Of a stretch of DNA of 19,460 nucleotides, positions 8,630 to 16,130 are shown one piece after another; the stretch's first letter is position 1, and each line of letters opens with the position of its first letter. This DNA is from an uncultured archaeon (GTDB lineage Archaea; Iainarchaeota; Iainarchaeia; Iainarchaeales; CSSED10-239). Below the pieces are notes generated by a model that saw only the letters and a program-made list of their open reading frames with translations, searched no databases and was not told where the DNA came from. The position numbers and the translations under genes are program-made. The stretch covers positions 1-19,460 of the forward strand of contig CAYXAY010000013.1 in the NCBI GenBank assembly GCA_964463155.1, written 5' to 3'.

Positions 8630-8860
8630 ATGAATGAAATAAAAATATCAAGACCGTTTGACATGCTGAATAATTCACTAAACAAGCAAGTGTTAATCAT
8701 GCTTAAGGGAAATATTTCTGTAAGAGGAAAACTAAAAGCATTTGATGTCCACTTAAATGTTGTTTTAGAAGACGCAGAGGAAATTGAAAATGGAAAGCCA
8801 AAGGCAAAGTATATTGAGGTTTTCTTAAGAGGAGATAATGTAATATTAGTTACAATTTAG
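8630..8860 (+). CDS. Sm-like archaeal protein (SmAP/LSm)
   Basis: The Sm1 block is VLIMLKGNISVRGKLKAFDVHLNVVLEDAEE and the Sm2 block is VFLRGDNVILV. An SD-like aaaggag lies upstream. Confidence 0.9.
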   Translation: MNEIKISRPFDMLNNSLNKQVLIMLKGNISVRGKLKAFDVHLNVVLEDAEEIENGKPKAKYIEVFLRGDNVILVTI

Positions 8861-8912
8861 TTCTTTTAAATTTCCTTAATTTTCTTTTCTAAAATAAAAA
8901 ATATTGTGTAAC

Positions 8913-9872
8913 ATGACCGGAATCATTTTAGATATTTATTTTGGGGGGGAATTAGCAGAGACCCTAACATCAAGCTCAATAATAGTAAAGATATTTACAT
9001 TAACTAATTTAATCTATTTTGGAGTTTTTATATTTTTGATACTTGGGATATCAATATTGGTGTTTGCAATATTGCCAAGGGTATTAAAGACTCCTGAAAA
9101 ATACTTCAAAAGATACCTGTTGGTAAGAGAAGAACTTGAAAGGATAGACAATCTCTACTCCCGTAAAAAGATGTCTTATGAAGATTATTCTTTTGCCCAA
9201 TTCCATTACGCAAAAGAATATGAACAGATTATAATCTATCTTTCTAATTTTCCTGAATATAAAAGCAAACTGCAAAGCTACAAGCTAACTGCTGTAAAAG
9301 TAAGAGAAGACCAGGAATCCAAACTAAGCCCGGAACAAATTAAAAATCTAGAGACCACAAACTATTTCTTTGACTTATTAAAGCCTCGCGCTCCATATTA
9401 TCAAAAAGGAGAAATATATCAAGCAATACTAGATGAAGGCTATAACAAAGAAATAGCAAAAGGCATTGTAGATAAACTGGATGCTAGCGGAGTAGAGTTC
9501 GATAGCAAAGAAAAAGAAGGAGAGCGTAGGGTCATTGATTTGGTTGACACAATAATTGCTGCAAGGCAATCAATGGCACCAAAGAAAGTTATTGACAATA
9601 AGTCAAAGCCAATAGAGACCGCAAAACCATTAGAGAGCGCAAAGACAAGCATGGACCTTAAAGACCTTGCAAAACCAAAAACGCAAGAACCAAGCTTTGG
9701 AGAAAACACAACAACATTTTCCAAGTATTCTGATTACAGGCTTGTAAAAACCAAAAAGACATTTATTGAATCAATAAAACATATCTTTAAGCCAAAAGAA
9801 AAACCACATACAATTTCTGAGATAAACGATATCTTTAAGGATATTGAAAAAACTATAAAAGAGAAGAAATAG
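8913..9872 (+). CDS. Hypothetical membrane protein with an N-terminal TM region and a long charged, lysine-rich cytoplasmic part
   Basis: The hydrophobic segment is IYFGVFIFLILGISILVFAIL. I recognised no family. I prefer the ATG at 8913 over the listed TTG at 8904. Confidence 0.55.
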   Translation: MTGIILDIYFGGELAETLTSSSIIVKIFTLTNLIYFGVFIFLILGISILVFAILPRVLKTPEKYFKRYLLVREELERIDNLYSRKKMSYEDYSFAQFHYAKEYEQIIIYLSNFPEYKSKLQSYKLTAVKVREDQESKLSPEQIKNLETTNYFFDLLKPRAPYYQKGEIYQAILDEGYNKEIAKGIVDKLDASGVEFDSKEKEGERRVIDLVDTIIAARQSMAPKKVIDNKSKPIETAKPLESAKTSMDLKDLAKPKTQEPSFGENTTTFSKYSDYRLVKTKKTFIESIKHIFKPKEKPHTISEINDIFKDIEKTIKEKK

Positions 9873-9920
9873 TTTTTTCAAAAACCAGCATTGAAAAACT
9901 TTAAAATAAAAATAGTTTTT

Positions 9921-10073
9921 TTAATTTTTTGATCTCACCAACAATATAAGCCCGATGATTATAAGTATCAACCCAAGATAAAGATTAATAGCAGATAATG
10001 GAACAGGAAGAGAAGGGATATAAAGCCCAATTCCAACACCTAAAAGAATACCACCAACTAAACTTTGACTCAT
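9921..10073 (-). CDS. Small (50 aa) two-TM membrane protein, below the ORF-track size cutoff
   Basis: My own translation of the minus strand gives MSQSLVGGILLGVGIGLYIPSLPVPLSAINLYLGLILIIIGLILLVRSKN-stop. AAGGTGG lies 6 nt upstream of the ATG. The ORF occupies an otherwise empty 286-nt gap. Confidence 0.45.
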   Translation of the reverse strand: MSQSLVGGILLGVGIGLYIPSLPVPLSAINLYLGLILIIIGLILLVRSKN

Positions 10074-10158
10074 TTTTTCCACCTTTTTAAATATAGTAAA
10101 TACAATAAATATATATTGCTTTGTTTTTAAATATATATGCTACAATAAATAGATAACC

Positions 10159-10884
10159 ATGAAATCATATTTGGGTTTTGGATTGTTTGATGTCCTAATC
10201 AAAGGAAAACTTGACAAAAAGCCAGACACGCTATTTATGAGTGAACTGGTCGATTTTTCCAAAGATAACAATATCGATTTGTTCTTGATAACTGGCCTTG
10301 ACAAAGAAAACGGCCAAAAGCTGGTTAAAGAACACGGTATTGATTCTTATTTTGACAATAACAAAATATATCATATAGAGCAAAGCTATTCTGATAGCCT
10401 TTCAGAAATCGACAAAGAAATAAAAGAACAAGCAAGAGAAAAAGACCCTAACTACTGTGATGAATATTACAAGGTTTATTTCTTTAATAACCTTTACAAA
10501 CAAGCAAAAGAAAACACGTTATTTCTTGGACACGACATCTGGACCGACGCCTATTATTTATCTAAATACGCAAACATCGATGTCATCCTTCTAAAAGACA
10601 CCCTTTCAAACAACCACAGCCCTCACTTAATTGAGATAAAGGACTTACATATCATCGGTCCTACATTTGAAGTAATAAAGGAACATCTAGAAAAAGAAAA
10701 AAAATTTAACTTTGAGCCTCTTAACAACTATGCAAACAAGCAATTGTATAAAGAGATGATTGGTTCAAACATGTTAAGCACAAGTAATGCGATAGGCCGC
10801 GTCTTAAGCAAACATCAAGAAAAGACAGCTTTTAAAAAAAATAATAAAGATTATTATGAAGATAAAAAAAATAAAGGCAATTAG
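10159..10884 (+). CDS. HAD-like fold protein with a degenerate motif I (hypothetical)
   Basis: GLFDVLIKG stands in place of hhhDxDGTL, so the second Asp is missing. LFLITG looks like motif II and LGHDIWTDAYYLSKYANIDVILL looks like motif IV. The 3' end overlaps the eno start by 29 nt. Confidence 0.35.
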   Translation: MKSYLGFGLFDVLIKGKLDKKPDTLFMSELVDFSKDNNIDLFLITGLDKENGQKLVKEHGIDSYFDNNKIYHIEQSYSDSLSEIDKEIKEQAREKDPNYCDEYYKVYFFNNLYKQAKENTLFLGHDIWTDAYYLSKYANIDVILLKDTLSNNHSPHLIEIKDLHIIGPTFEVIKEHLEKEKKFNFEPLNNYANKQLYKEMIGSNMLSTSNAIGRVLSKHQEKTAFKKNNKDYYEDKKNKGN

Positions 10885-12085
10885 AATTTTGGACTCCAGA
10901 GGAATTCCAACAATAAGGACTTTTGTTTACACAAACAATGCTGTAGGGATAACTTCTGTTCCATCCGGAACAAGCAGTGGAAAAAGAGAAGCAGTAGAGC
11001 TAAGGGACTTCACAAAAGCCTTTAATGGCAAAGACGTTACAAAAGCAATAAACAATGTTGACAACAAGATTTCAAAAAAATTGTTTGGAGAGTTTGTTCT
11101 TGACCAAAACAAGATTGACAAAATTTTAATAGAGCTTGACGGAACAGAAAACAAATCAAATCTTGGCGCTAACGCCATTCTTTCAGTAAGTCTTTCCTGT
11201 GCAAAGGCTGCTGCAATAGAACTAGGAACCCCACTACACACTTATCTTTCAAGATTAAACAATAATTCTAAACAGAAAATGCCAACACCATTGCTAAACA
11301 TAATTAATGGTGGAAAACATGCAGGAACAGATTTGGCTTTTCAAGAGTTTCAAATAATTCCAAAAAAGAAAAATATTTCAGAAAATCTAAAAGCGTCTTG
11401 TGAAACTTACCAAACACTAAAAGAAATAATAAAACAGAAATATGGCATGAGTGCAACAAATGTTGGCATGGAGGGGGGCTTTGCGCCAAATATCAAAGAC
11501 CCAAAACAAGCACTTGACCTTCTAGAAAAAGCCATTGAAAAATCAGGTTATAAAACTGAAATGACTATAGGTCTTGATGTTGCAGCAAGCGAAATCTATT
11601 CATGTGGCAAATATACGATTGCAGGAAAAAAATATTTATCAAGCGAAATGATTGATTATTATTATAATCTTTTAAAAAGTTACAAGATAACTTCAATTGA
11701 AGACCCATTCTCTGAAGACGACAACCCCACATGGATTGAGTTTACAAAGAAGTTTTCAAACAAGATTAATATTATTGGTGATGATCTTTTAGTAACAAAC
11801 CCAAAACTAATAAAAGATGCAATAAGAAAAAAAGAATGTAATTCTCTTCTTCTAAAGCCTAACCAAATAGGAACATTAACAGAAAGCATTGATGCATATA
11901 ATCTAGCAAAAAAAGCAGGCTGGAAAACAATAGTATCTCACAGGTCAGGAGAGACAGAAGATGTTTTCATTGCGGATTTGGCTTATGGCCTTGGTAGTGA
12001 TTTTTCTAAGTTTGGAGCTCCAACAAGAAGCGAAAGAACAGCAAAATACAACAGATTATTGGAGATAGAAGCCCAAACCATGTAA
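10856..12085 (+). CDS. eno: Enolase (phosphopyruvate hydratase)
   Basis: Conserved blocks present: ILDSRGIPT, VPSGTSSG, QEFQIIP, EGGFAPN, GLDVAASE, IEDPFSEDD, GDDLLVTNP, LLLKPNQIGT and SHRSGETED. All catalytic and metal-binding positions I can recall are present. Confidence 0.95.
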   Translation: MKIKKIKAIRILDSRGIPTIRTFVYTNNAVGITSVPSGTSSGKREAVELRDFTKAFNGKDVTKAINNVDNKISKKLFGEFVLDQNKIDKILIELDGTENKSNLGANAILSVSLSCAKAAAIELGTPLHTYLSRLNNNSKQKMPTPLLNIINGGKHAGTDLAFQEFQIIPKKKNISENLKASCETYQTLKEIIKQKYGMSATNVGMEGGFAPNIKDPKQALDLLEKAIEKSGYKTEMTIGLDVAASEIYSCGKYTIAGKKYLSSEMIDYYYNLLKSYKITSIEDPFSEDDNPTWIEFTKKFSNKINIIGDDLLVTNPKLIKDAIRKKECNSLLLKPNQIGTLTESIDAYNLAKKAGWKTIVSHRSGETEDVFIADLAYGLGSDFSKFGAPTRSERTAKYNRLLEIEAQTM

Positions 12086-12182
12086 TTTTTTAAAGTTAAC
12101 AATTTACGAAACATTTAAAAAACAAATATTATATAAATTTATTTATAGTACATATATTAAAGAAAAAAAATGTGATTAATTT

Positions 12183-13028
12183 ATGCCAAAAGATATGGGA
12201 GATGATTTCGGAGCAGACTTTGATGCTCGTACAGAAAAAAAATCATTTGGGAATGCTGGTTTTAAATGGGAAACAATATTGCCTGTGATAATAATAATAG
12301 TTGTTATTTTATTAATTGTTTTTAAGACAAACATTCTAGCAAGCGGTTCAGCTTTGTTTGGTACAACTCAAGGAGCAAGGATTCTAGTTCTTGGAGCACC
12401 AAGCCAAGAGTTTAGATCAATACTAAATGACCAAGAAAACAAAGACCTAATAAAACAAACGGCATATATGACCTTAGAGGCAATAGAACATAATCCTGCG
12501 GAAAGAATTAAAGGTTACGATTTAATTATTCTTGACCAATCATTGCAAACAGACAAATCAATATCAAGAAGATCAGCAGATGCTATAACAAATTATGTTA
12601 AAAGAGGTGGAAAATTGATTGTTGTCCTCAACTCTGGAGTTAAAAGACCTGGCGATAAATCCGTTCTTGGTTGGACAGCAAATTTTGGGAACATTGTTCC
12701 AGTAAGGTGTGACAAGGTTGGTTCAGTGCCATCATGTTTAGGTCCAAGAGATCTTCAAGGAAAATTATTTGTTGTAATGGAGGACCATCCAATAATGAGA
12801 GGAATCACACAGGTTCCTGCAGTTGAAACAAGTGGTCCAATAAGAACAACAACCTTTGATGTTGCAGTAGACGGTAAAGAGATTGCTTTCTTAGAAGATA
12901 ACATAACAAAAAAGACTTACACAGGGATTGTTGAAAAGCCGTTATTGATGGGTAAAGTAATTTATTTCAATTTCAATCCTGCAATAAGTAAAGCGATTGT
13001 TATAAACACAATCAAGTATCTAAAGTAA
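12183..13028 (+). CDS. Hypothetical N-terminally membrane-anchored protein with a class-I glutamine-amidotransferase-like (ThuA/DUF1355-like) fold
   Basis: The TM segment is WETILPVIIIIVVILLIVF. This is followed by RILVLG...GYDLIILDQSL...ITNYVKRGGKLIVVLNSG, a pattern typical of non-catalytic GATase1-like modules. Confidence 0.35.
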   Translation: MPKDMGDDFGADFDARTEKKSFGNAGFKWETILPVIIIIVVILLIVFKTNILASGSALFGTTQGARILVLGAPSQEFRSILNDQENKDLIKQTAYMTLEAIEHNPAERIKGYDLIILDQSLQTDKSISRRSADAITNYVKRGGKLIVVLNSGVKRPGDKSVLGWTANFGNIVPVRCDKVGSVPSCLGPRDLQGKLFVVMEDHPIMRGITQVPAVETSGPIRTTTFDVAVDGKEIAFLEDNITKKTYTGIVEKPLLMGKVIYFNFNPAISKAIVINTIKYLK

Positions 13029-13054
13029 ATTTACTTTATATTTTTCTTTTTGAG

Positions 13055-13088
13055 CCGGTTACGCTCAGCTCGCGCGCAACTGGTTTTT
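13055..13088 (+). terminator. GC-rich hairpin followed by a T5 run, downstream of the 12183..13028 gene
   Basis: CCGGTT (13055-13060) pairs with AACTGG (13078-13083), including one G-U pair, and TTTTT follows at 13084-13088. The 32 nt at 13052-13083 contain 22 G/C in an otherwise AT-rich spacer. Confidence 0.35.
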
Positions 13089-13163
13089 CTATAACATTTA
13101 TAAACTGAATTATTCATAAATTATATAACAATAATATTTTCCCGTTAATACTGCTTTAAGGCA

Positions 13164-13170
13164 GGAGGTG
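13164..13170 (+). promoter_or_regulatory. Shine-Dalgarno-like GGAGGTG in front of the rpl1 TTG start
   Basis: GGAGGTG lies 8 nt upstream of the TTG at 13179. It is preceded by the small hairpin CTGC-tttaag-GCAG. Confidence 0.55.
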
Positions 13171-13178
13171 CTAAGATT

Positions 13179-13850
13179 TTGGATAAGAATATAACAGAAA
13201 AACAGGTCGTTGAAAAGGCGTTAAACGAATTAATGTCTATTTCAAAGAAAAGGAATTTTGATGAAGCAATCGAAATGGTTGTAACATTAAAAAACATAAA
13301 CACGAAAAACAAAGACCAAAGAATAGAATATGCAGTTAATCTACCACACCCTTATCTAGACACAGTTAAATCCCTAGTTTTTGTAAAAGATAAAAATCTT
13401 GCTTCAGAACTAAAGGGGGTTGTTGACAAGGTTGTCATGGATGAAGAGATCGCTAAGCTTTCTAAAAAGGATGCAAAGAAAATGGCAGATGAGTATAAGG
13501 TGTTTTTGGCTGAAGGACCGGTTATGCTAACAGTTGGTAAGCACTTAGGACAGGTTCTTAGTCCTAGAGGAAAAATGCCGATGATTGCTCCGCCGAATGT
13601 CAATGCAATAAAGACATTAATCACTGCAACAGTTTCACAACAAAAAATATCCAATAAGAAAAACAAATCATCAGTGGCTTTACAAATAAAAATCGGGAAA
13701 AAGAGCCAAGGTGTTTCAAACTTAACAGATAATTCTTTAGTTGTAATCAAATCATTGATTGATAGATTGCCAGCAGGTTTACAAAACATAAATCACATCT
13801 ATATCAAGTCAACAATGAGTAAAAGTATAAAAATGGGCGATGACAAATGA
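13179..13850 (+). CDS. rpl1: Large-subunit ribosomal protein L1 (uL1), TTG start
   Basis: AIEMVVTLKNIN...RIEYAVNLPHP and GKHLGQVLSPRGKMP match uL1 blocks. The gene heads the L1-P0-P1 operon order. It ends in an ATGA overlap with the next gene. Confidence 0.9.
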   Translation: MDKNITEKQVVEKALNELMSISKKRNFDEAIEMVVTLKNINTKNKDQRIEYAVNLPHPYLDTVKSLVFVKDKNLASELKGVVDKVVMDEEIAKLSKKDAKKMADEYKVFLAEGPVMLTVGKHLGQVLSPRGKMPMIAPPNVNAIKTLITATVSQQKISNKKNKSSVALQIKIGKKSQGVSNLTDNSLVVIKSLIDRLPAGLQNINHIYIKSTMSKSIKMGDDK

Positions 13851-14602
13851 ATCACACAAAATCATGGAGACTTGCACAATATGATGAGATTAGTAAGTTA
13901 GTTTCACAATATAAAATAATTGGTGTTGCTGACCTTAAAGATTTTCCATCTAATCTTTTACAAAAGGTTAAGAAAAATGTTGTTGATGCAACATTCAAAG
14001 TTACATCAAAGAATGTTTTAAAGAAAGTACTAGAGGCAAAAGGCCACAAAGATATTGTTGAAAAACTACCTACTCAACCAATATTGATCTTAACAAACAA
14101 AAACGCCTTTGAGCTGTATGCTGCAATAAAGAAAAGTAAAGCTAGGTCAAAGGCAAAGATTGGAATGATTTCCCCAATAGACATTATCGTTTCAGAAGGA
14201 GACACAGGTCTTCCACCAGGACCAGCATTATCTGATTTAAAGAAGGTTGGGATTAAAGCCCAAGTTAGAGGAGCAACAATCTTTGTTCCAAGCGATACAG
14301 TTATAGCTAAAGCTGGAAGCGTTATTAACAGCGACATTGTCAGTACTCTTTCAAAGCTAGACATAAAACCAGTAGAGTTGGTATTAACTGTTGTTCTAGT
14401 AAAGGAAGACGGAATGATATATAACAAAGATGTTCTTGACATTGATGCAAACACAATAATCATGCAGATTGCTACAGCGACAAGACAAGCAGTAGGGCTT
14501 GGTGTAGAGATTGGTTACATCTGTAAAGACACAGTTGAGCCAATGATAGAAAAAGCAGAAAGAGAGGCTAAAGCACTTGATGCTTTAGTAAATAAGGAAT
14601 AA
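13847..14602 (+). CDS. rplP0: Ribosomal stalk protein P0 (uL10), short form of 251 aa without an acidic C-terminal tail
   Basis: The N-terminus WRLAQYDEISKLVSQYKIIGVADLKDFPSNLLQKVKK matches archaeal uL10. The position between L1 and P1 supports the call. The protein ends ...EREAKALDALVNKE. Confidence 0.88.
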   Translation: MNHTKSWRLAQYDEISKLVSQYKIIGVADLKDFPSNLLQKVKKNVVDATFKVTSKNVLKKVLEAKGHKDIVEKLPTQPILILTNKNAFELYAAIKKSKARSKAKIGMISPIDIIVSEGDTGLPPGPALSDLKKVGIKAQVRGATIFVPSDTVIAKAGSVINSDIVSTLSKLDIKPVELVLTVVLVKEDGMIYNKDVLDIDANTIIMQIATATRQAVGLGVEIGYICKDTVEPMIEKAEREAKALDALVNKE

Positions 14603-14618
14603 TTAAGAGGTGTGAAAA

Positions 14619-14909
14619 ATGGATTACATATATGCAGTTTTGTTATTACACAAAGCAAATAAAGAAATAAACGAGGCAAACTTAAAGTCTGTCTTAACTT
14701 CAGCAGGAGTCTCATCTGATGACGCAAAATTAAAGGGTCTTGTTGCAACATTAAAGGACATAAACATTGAAGACGCAATAGCTAAAGCGTCAGTAGTTGC
14801 AGCAGTGCCAGCAGCAGCATCAAGCCACGAGACAAAGAAAGAAGTTCACGAAGAGCCAACAGTTACTGAAGAGTCAGCAGCAGAAGGTCTAAGTGCATTG
14901 TTTGGTTAA
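14619..14909 (+). CDS. rpl12: Ribosomal stalk protein P1 (archaeal L12)
   Basis: The N-terminus is MDYIYAVLLLHKANKEINEANLKSVL. An Ala-rich hinge and an acidic tail follow, ending in the canonical EGLSALFG. The SD-like sequence GAGGTG lies upstream. Confidence 0.93.
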   Translation: MDYIYAVLLLHKANKEINEANLKSVLTSAGVSSDDAKLKGLVATLKDINIEDAIAKASVVAAVPAAASSHETKKEVHEEPTVTEESAAEGLSALFG

Positions 14910-14940
14910 ACCAAACAATTTTTTATTTTTTTATTTTATT
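14900..14940 (+). terminator. Operon-end hairpin plus long T-rich tract
   Basis: GTTTGGT-taa-ACCAAAC (14900-14916) is a perfect palindrome enclosing the rpl12 stop codon. It is followed by aattttttatttttttattttatt, which resembles archaeal oligo-T termination signals. Confidence 0.5.
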
Positions 14941-15021
14941 TAAGTATATTTCTATTTTTAAGTTCCGCACTGGACATCTACCCTCCCGGAAACAACCCGT
15001 CTTTCTTACAAATATATATTT

Positions 15022-16023
15022 ATGAAGTCAAATATCATTCCAGATGATTATTTAATAACGTTAAATAAAATTAAAGAAAAAATAAAGGCTGCACAAATTA
15101 AATCAGCAATTTATGTTAACACAGAATTAATATCTTTATATTGGAATATCGGCAAAATAATTTCTGAAAAACAAAAAAACTCAAATTGGGGGGATTCTGT
15201 AATTTTAGAATTATCTAAAGATTTAAGTAGAGAATTTCCAAATATGAGGGGATTTTCCAGAACAAACTTATTTAATATACGTAAATTTTATTTGTTTTAT
15301 TTTTCCCAAAATAATGAAAAAGTCCAACAGCTTGTTGGACAATTGCCTTGGGGGCACAATATACTAATTATTAATAAAATCAAAAACCATTCAGAAGCTC
15401 AATTTTATATTACAGAAACCCTAAAAAACAACTGGTCAAGAAATGTTTTATTAAATCAAATAGATAATAACTTATATCACAGATCTAACAAAGTTATAAA
15501 TAACTTTAATAACACGTTGCCAAAAATACAATCAGAACTTGCCATTCAAACAATAAAAGACCCTTCTATTTTTGATTTTTTAGATATTACTAGTAAATCA
15601 AAGGAAAGGCAACTAGAAAATCAATTAATAGAAAATATAACCAAATTTCTTTTAGAATTAGGAACAGGGTTTGCATATGTCGGCAGACAATATCATTTAG
15701 AGGTAGAAAATGAAGATTTTTATATTGATTTATTGTTTTATCATTTGAAATTAAGGTGTTTTGTTGCAATTGAATTAAAAACCGGCAAATTCAAACCAGA
15801 ATATGTAGGCAAGCTAAATTTTTATTTATCAGCATTAGACAGAATTAAAGATTCACAAGATAATCCGGCAATTGGTTTAATTTTATGTAAAGAAAAAAAT
15901 AAAATAATTGTGGAATATACTTTAGAAAATATATCTAAACCGATAGGAGTATCTCAATATAAGTTTTCAAAAGAAATAATAAAGAATTTACCCACAAAAG
16001 AAGAGCTAAGAAAACTAATATAA
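15022..16023 (+). CDS. YhcG/DUF1016-family PD-(D/E)XK nuclease
   Basis: The N-terminal helical part is ELISLYWNIGKIISEKQKNSNWGDSVILELSKDLSREFPNMRGFSRTNLFNIRKFY. The C-terminal nuclease core is FYIDLLFYHLKLRCFVAIELKTGKF, which carries the D...E-x-K arrangement. Confidence 0.8.
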   Translation: MKSNIIPDDYLITLNKIKEKIKAAQIKSAIYVNTELISLYWNIGKIISEKQKNSNWGDSVILELSKDLSREFPNMRGFSRTNLFNIRKFYLFYFSQNNEKVQQLVGQLPWGHNILIINKIKNHSEAQFYITETLKNNWSRNVLLNQIDNNLYHRSNKVINNFNNTLPKIQSELAIQTIKDPSIFDFLDITSKSKERQLENQLIENITKFLLELGTGFAYVGRQYHLEVENEDFYIDLLFYHLKLRCFVAIELKTGKFKPEYVGKLNFYLSALDRIKDSQDNPAIGLILCKEKNKIIVEYTLENISKPIGVSQYKFSKEIIKNLPTKEELRKLI

Positions 16024-16130
16024 GTTAAAGAGAAAGAAACCATTCTATAAATCTAAAATCCTCTAGTCAAGATAGTTTTTTAAATATTTGAAACAATAGT
16101 ATATATTATAACTCTAAGATTGGCATTAAC

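Noticed and set aside
13052-15001. The two GC-rich patches (13052-13083 and 14962-15001) as tRNA genes, tRNA 3' fragments (att sites) or a repeat pair flanking the ribosomal operon.
   Set aside because: No T-arm-like GTTCRAATC motif with a complementary stem appears on either strand, and no cloverleaf is possible in 30-40 nt. The two patches share no obvious sequence similarity with each other.
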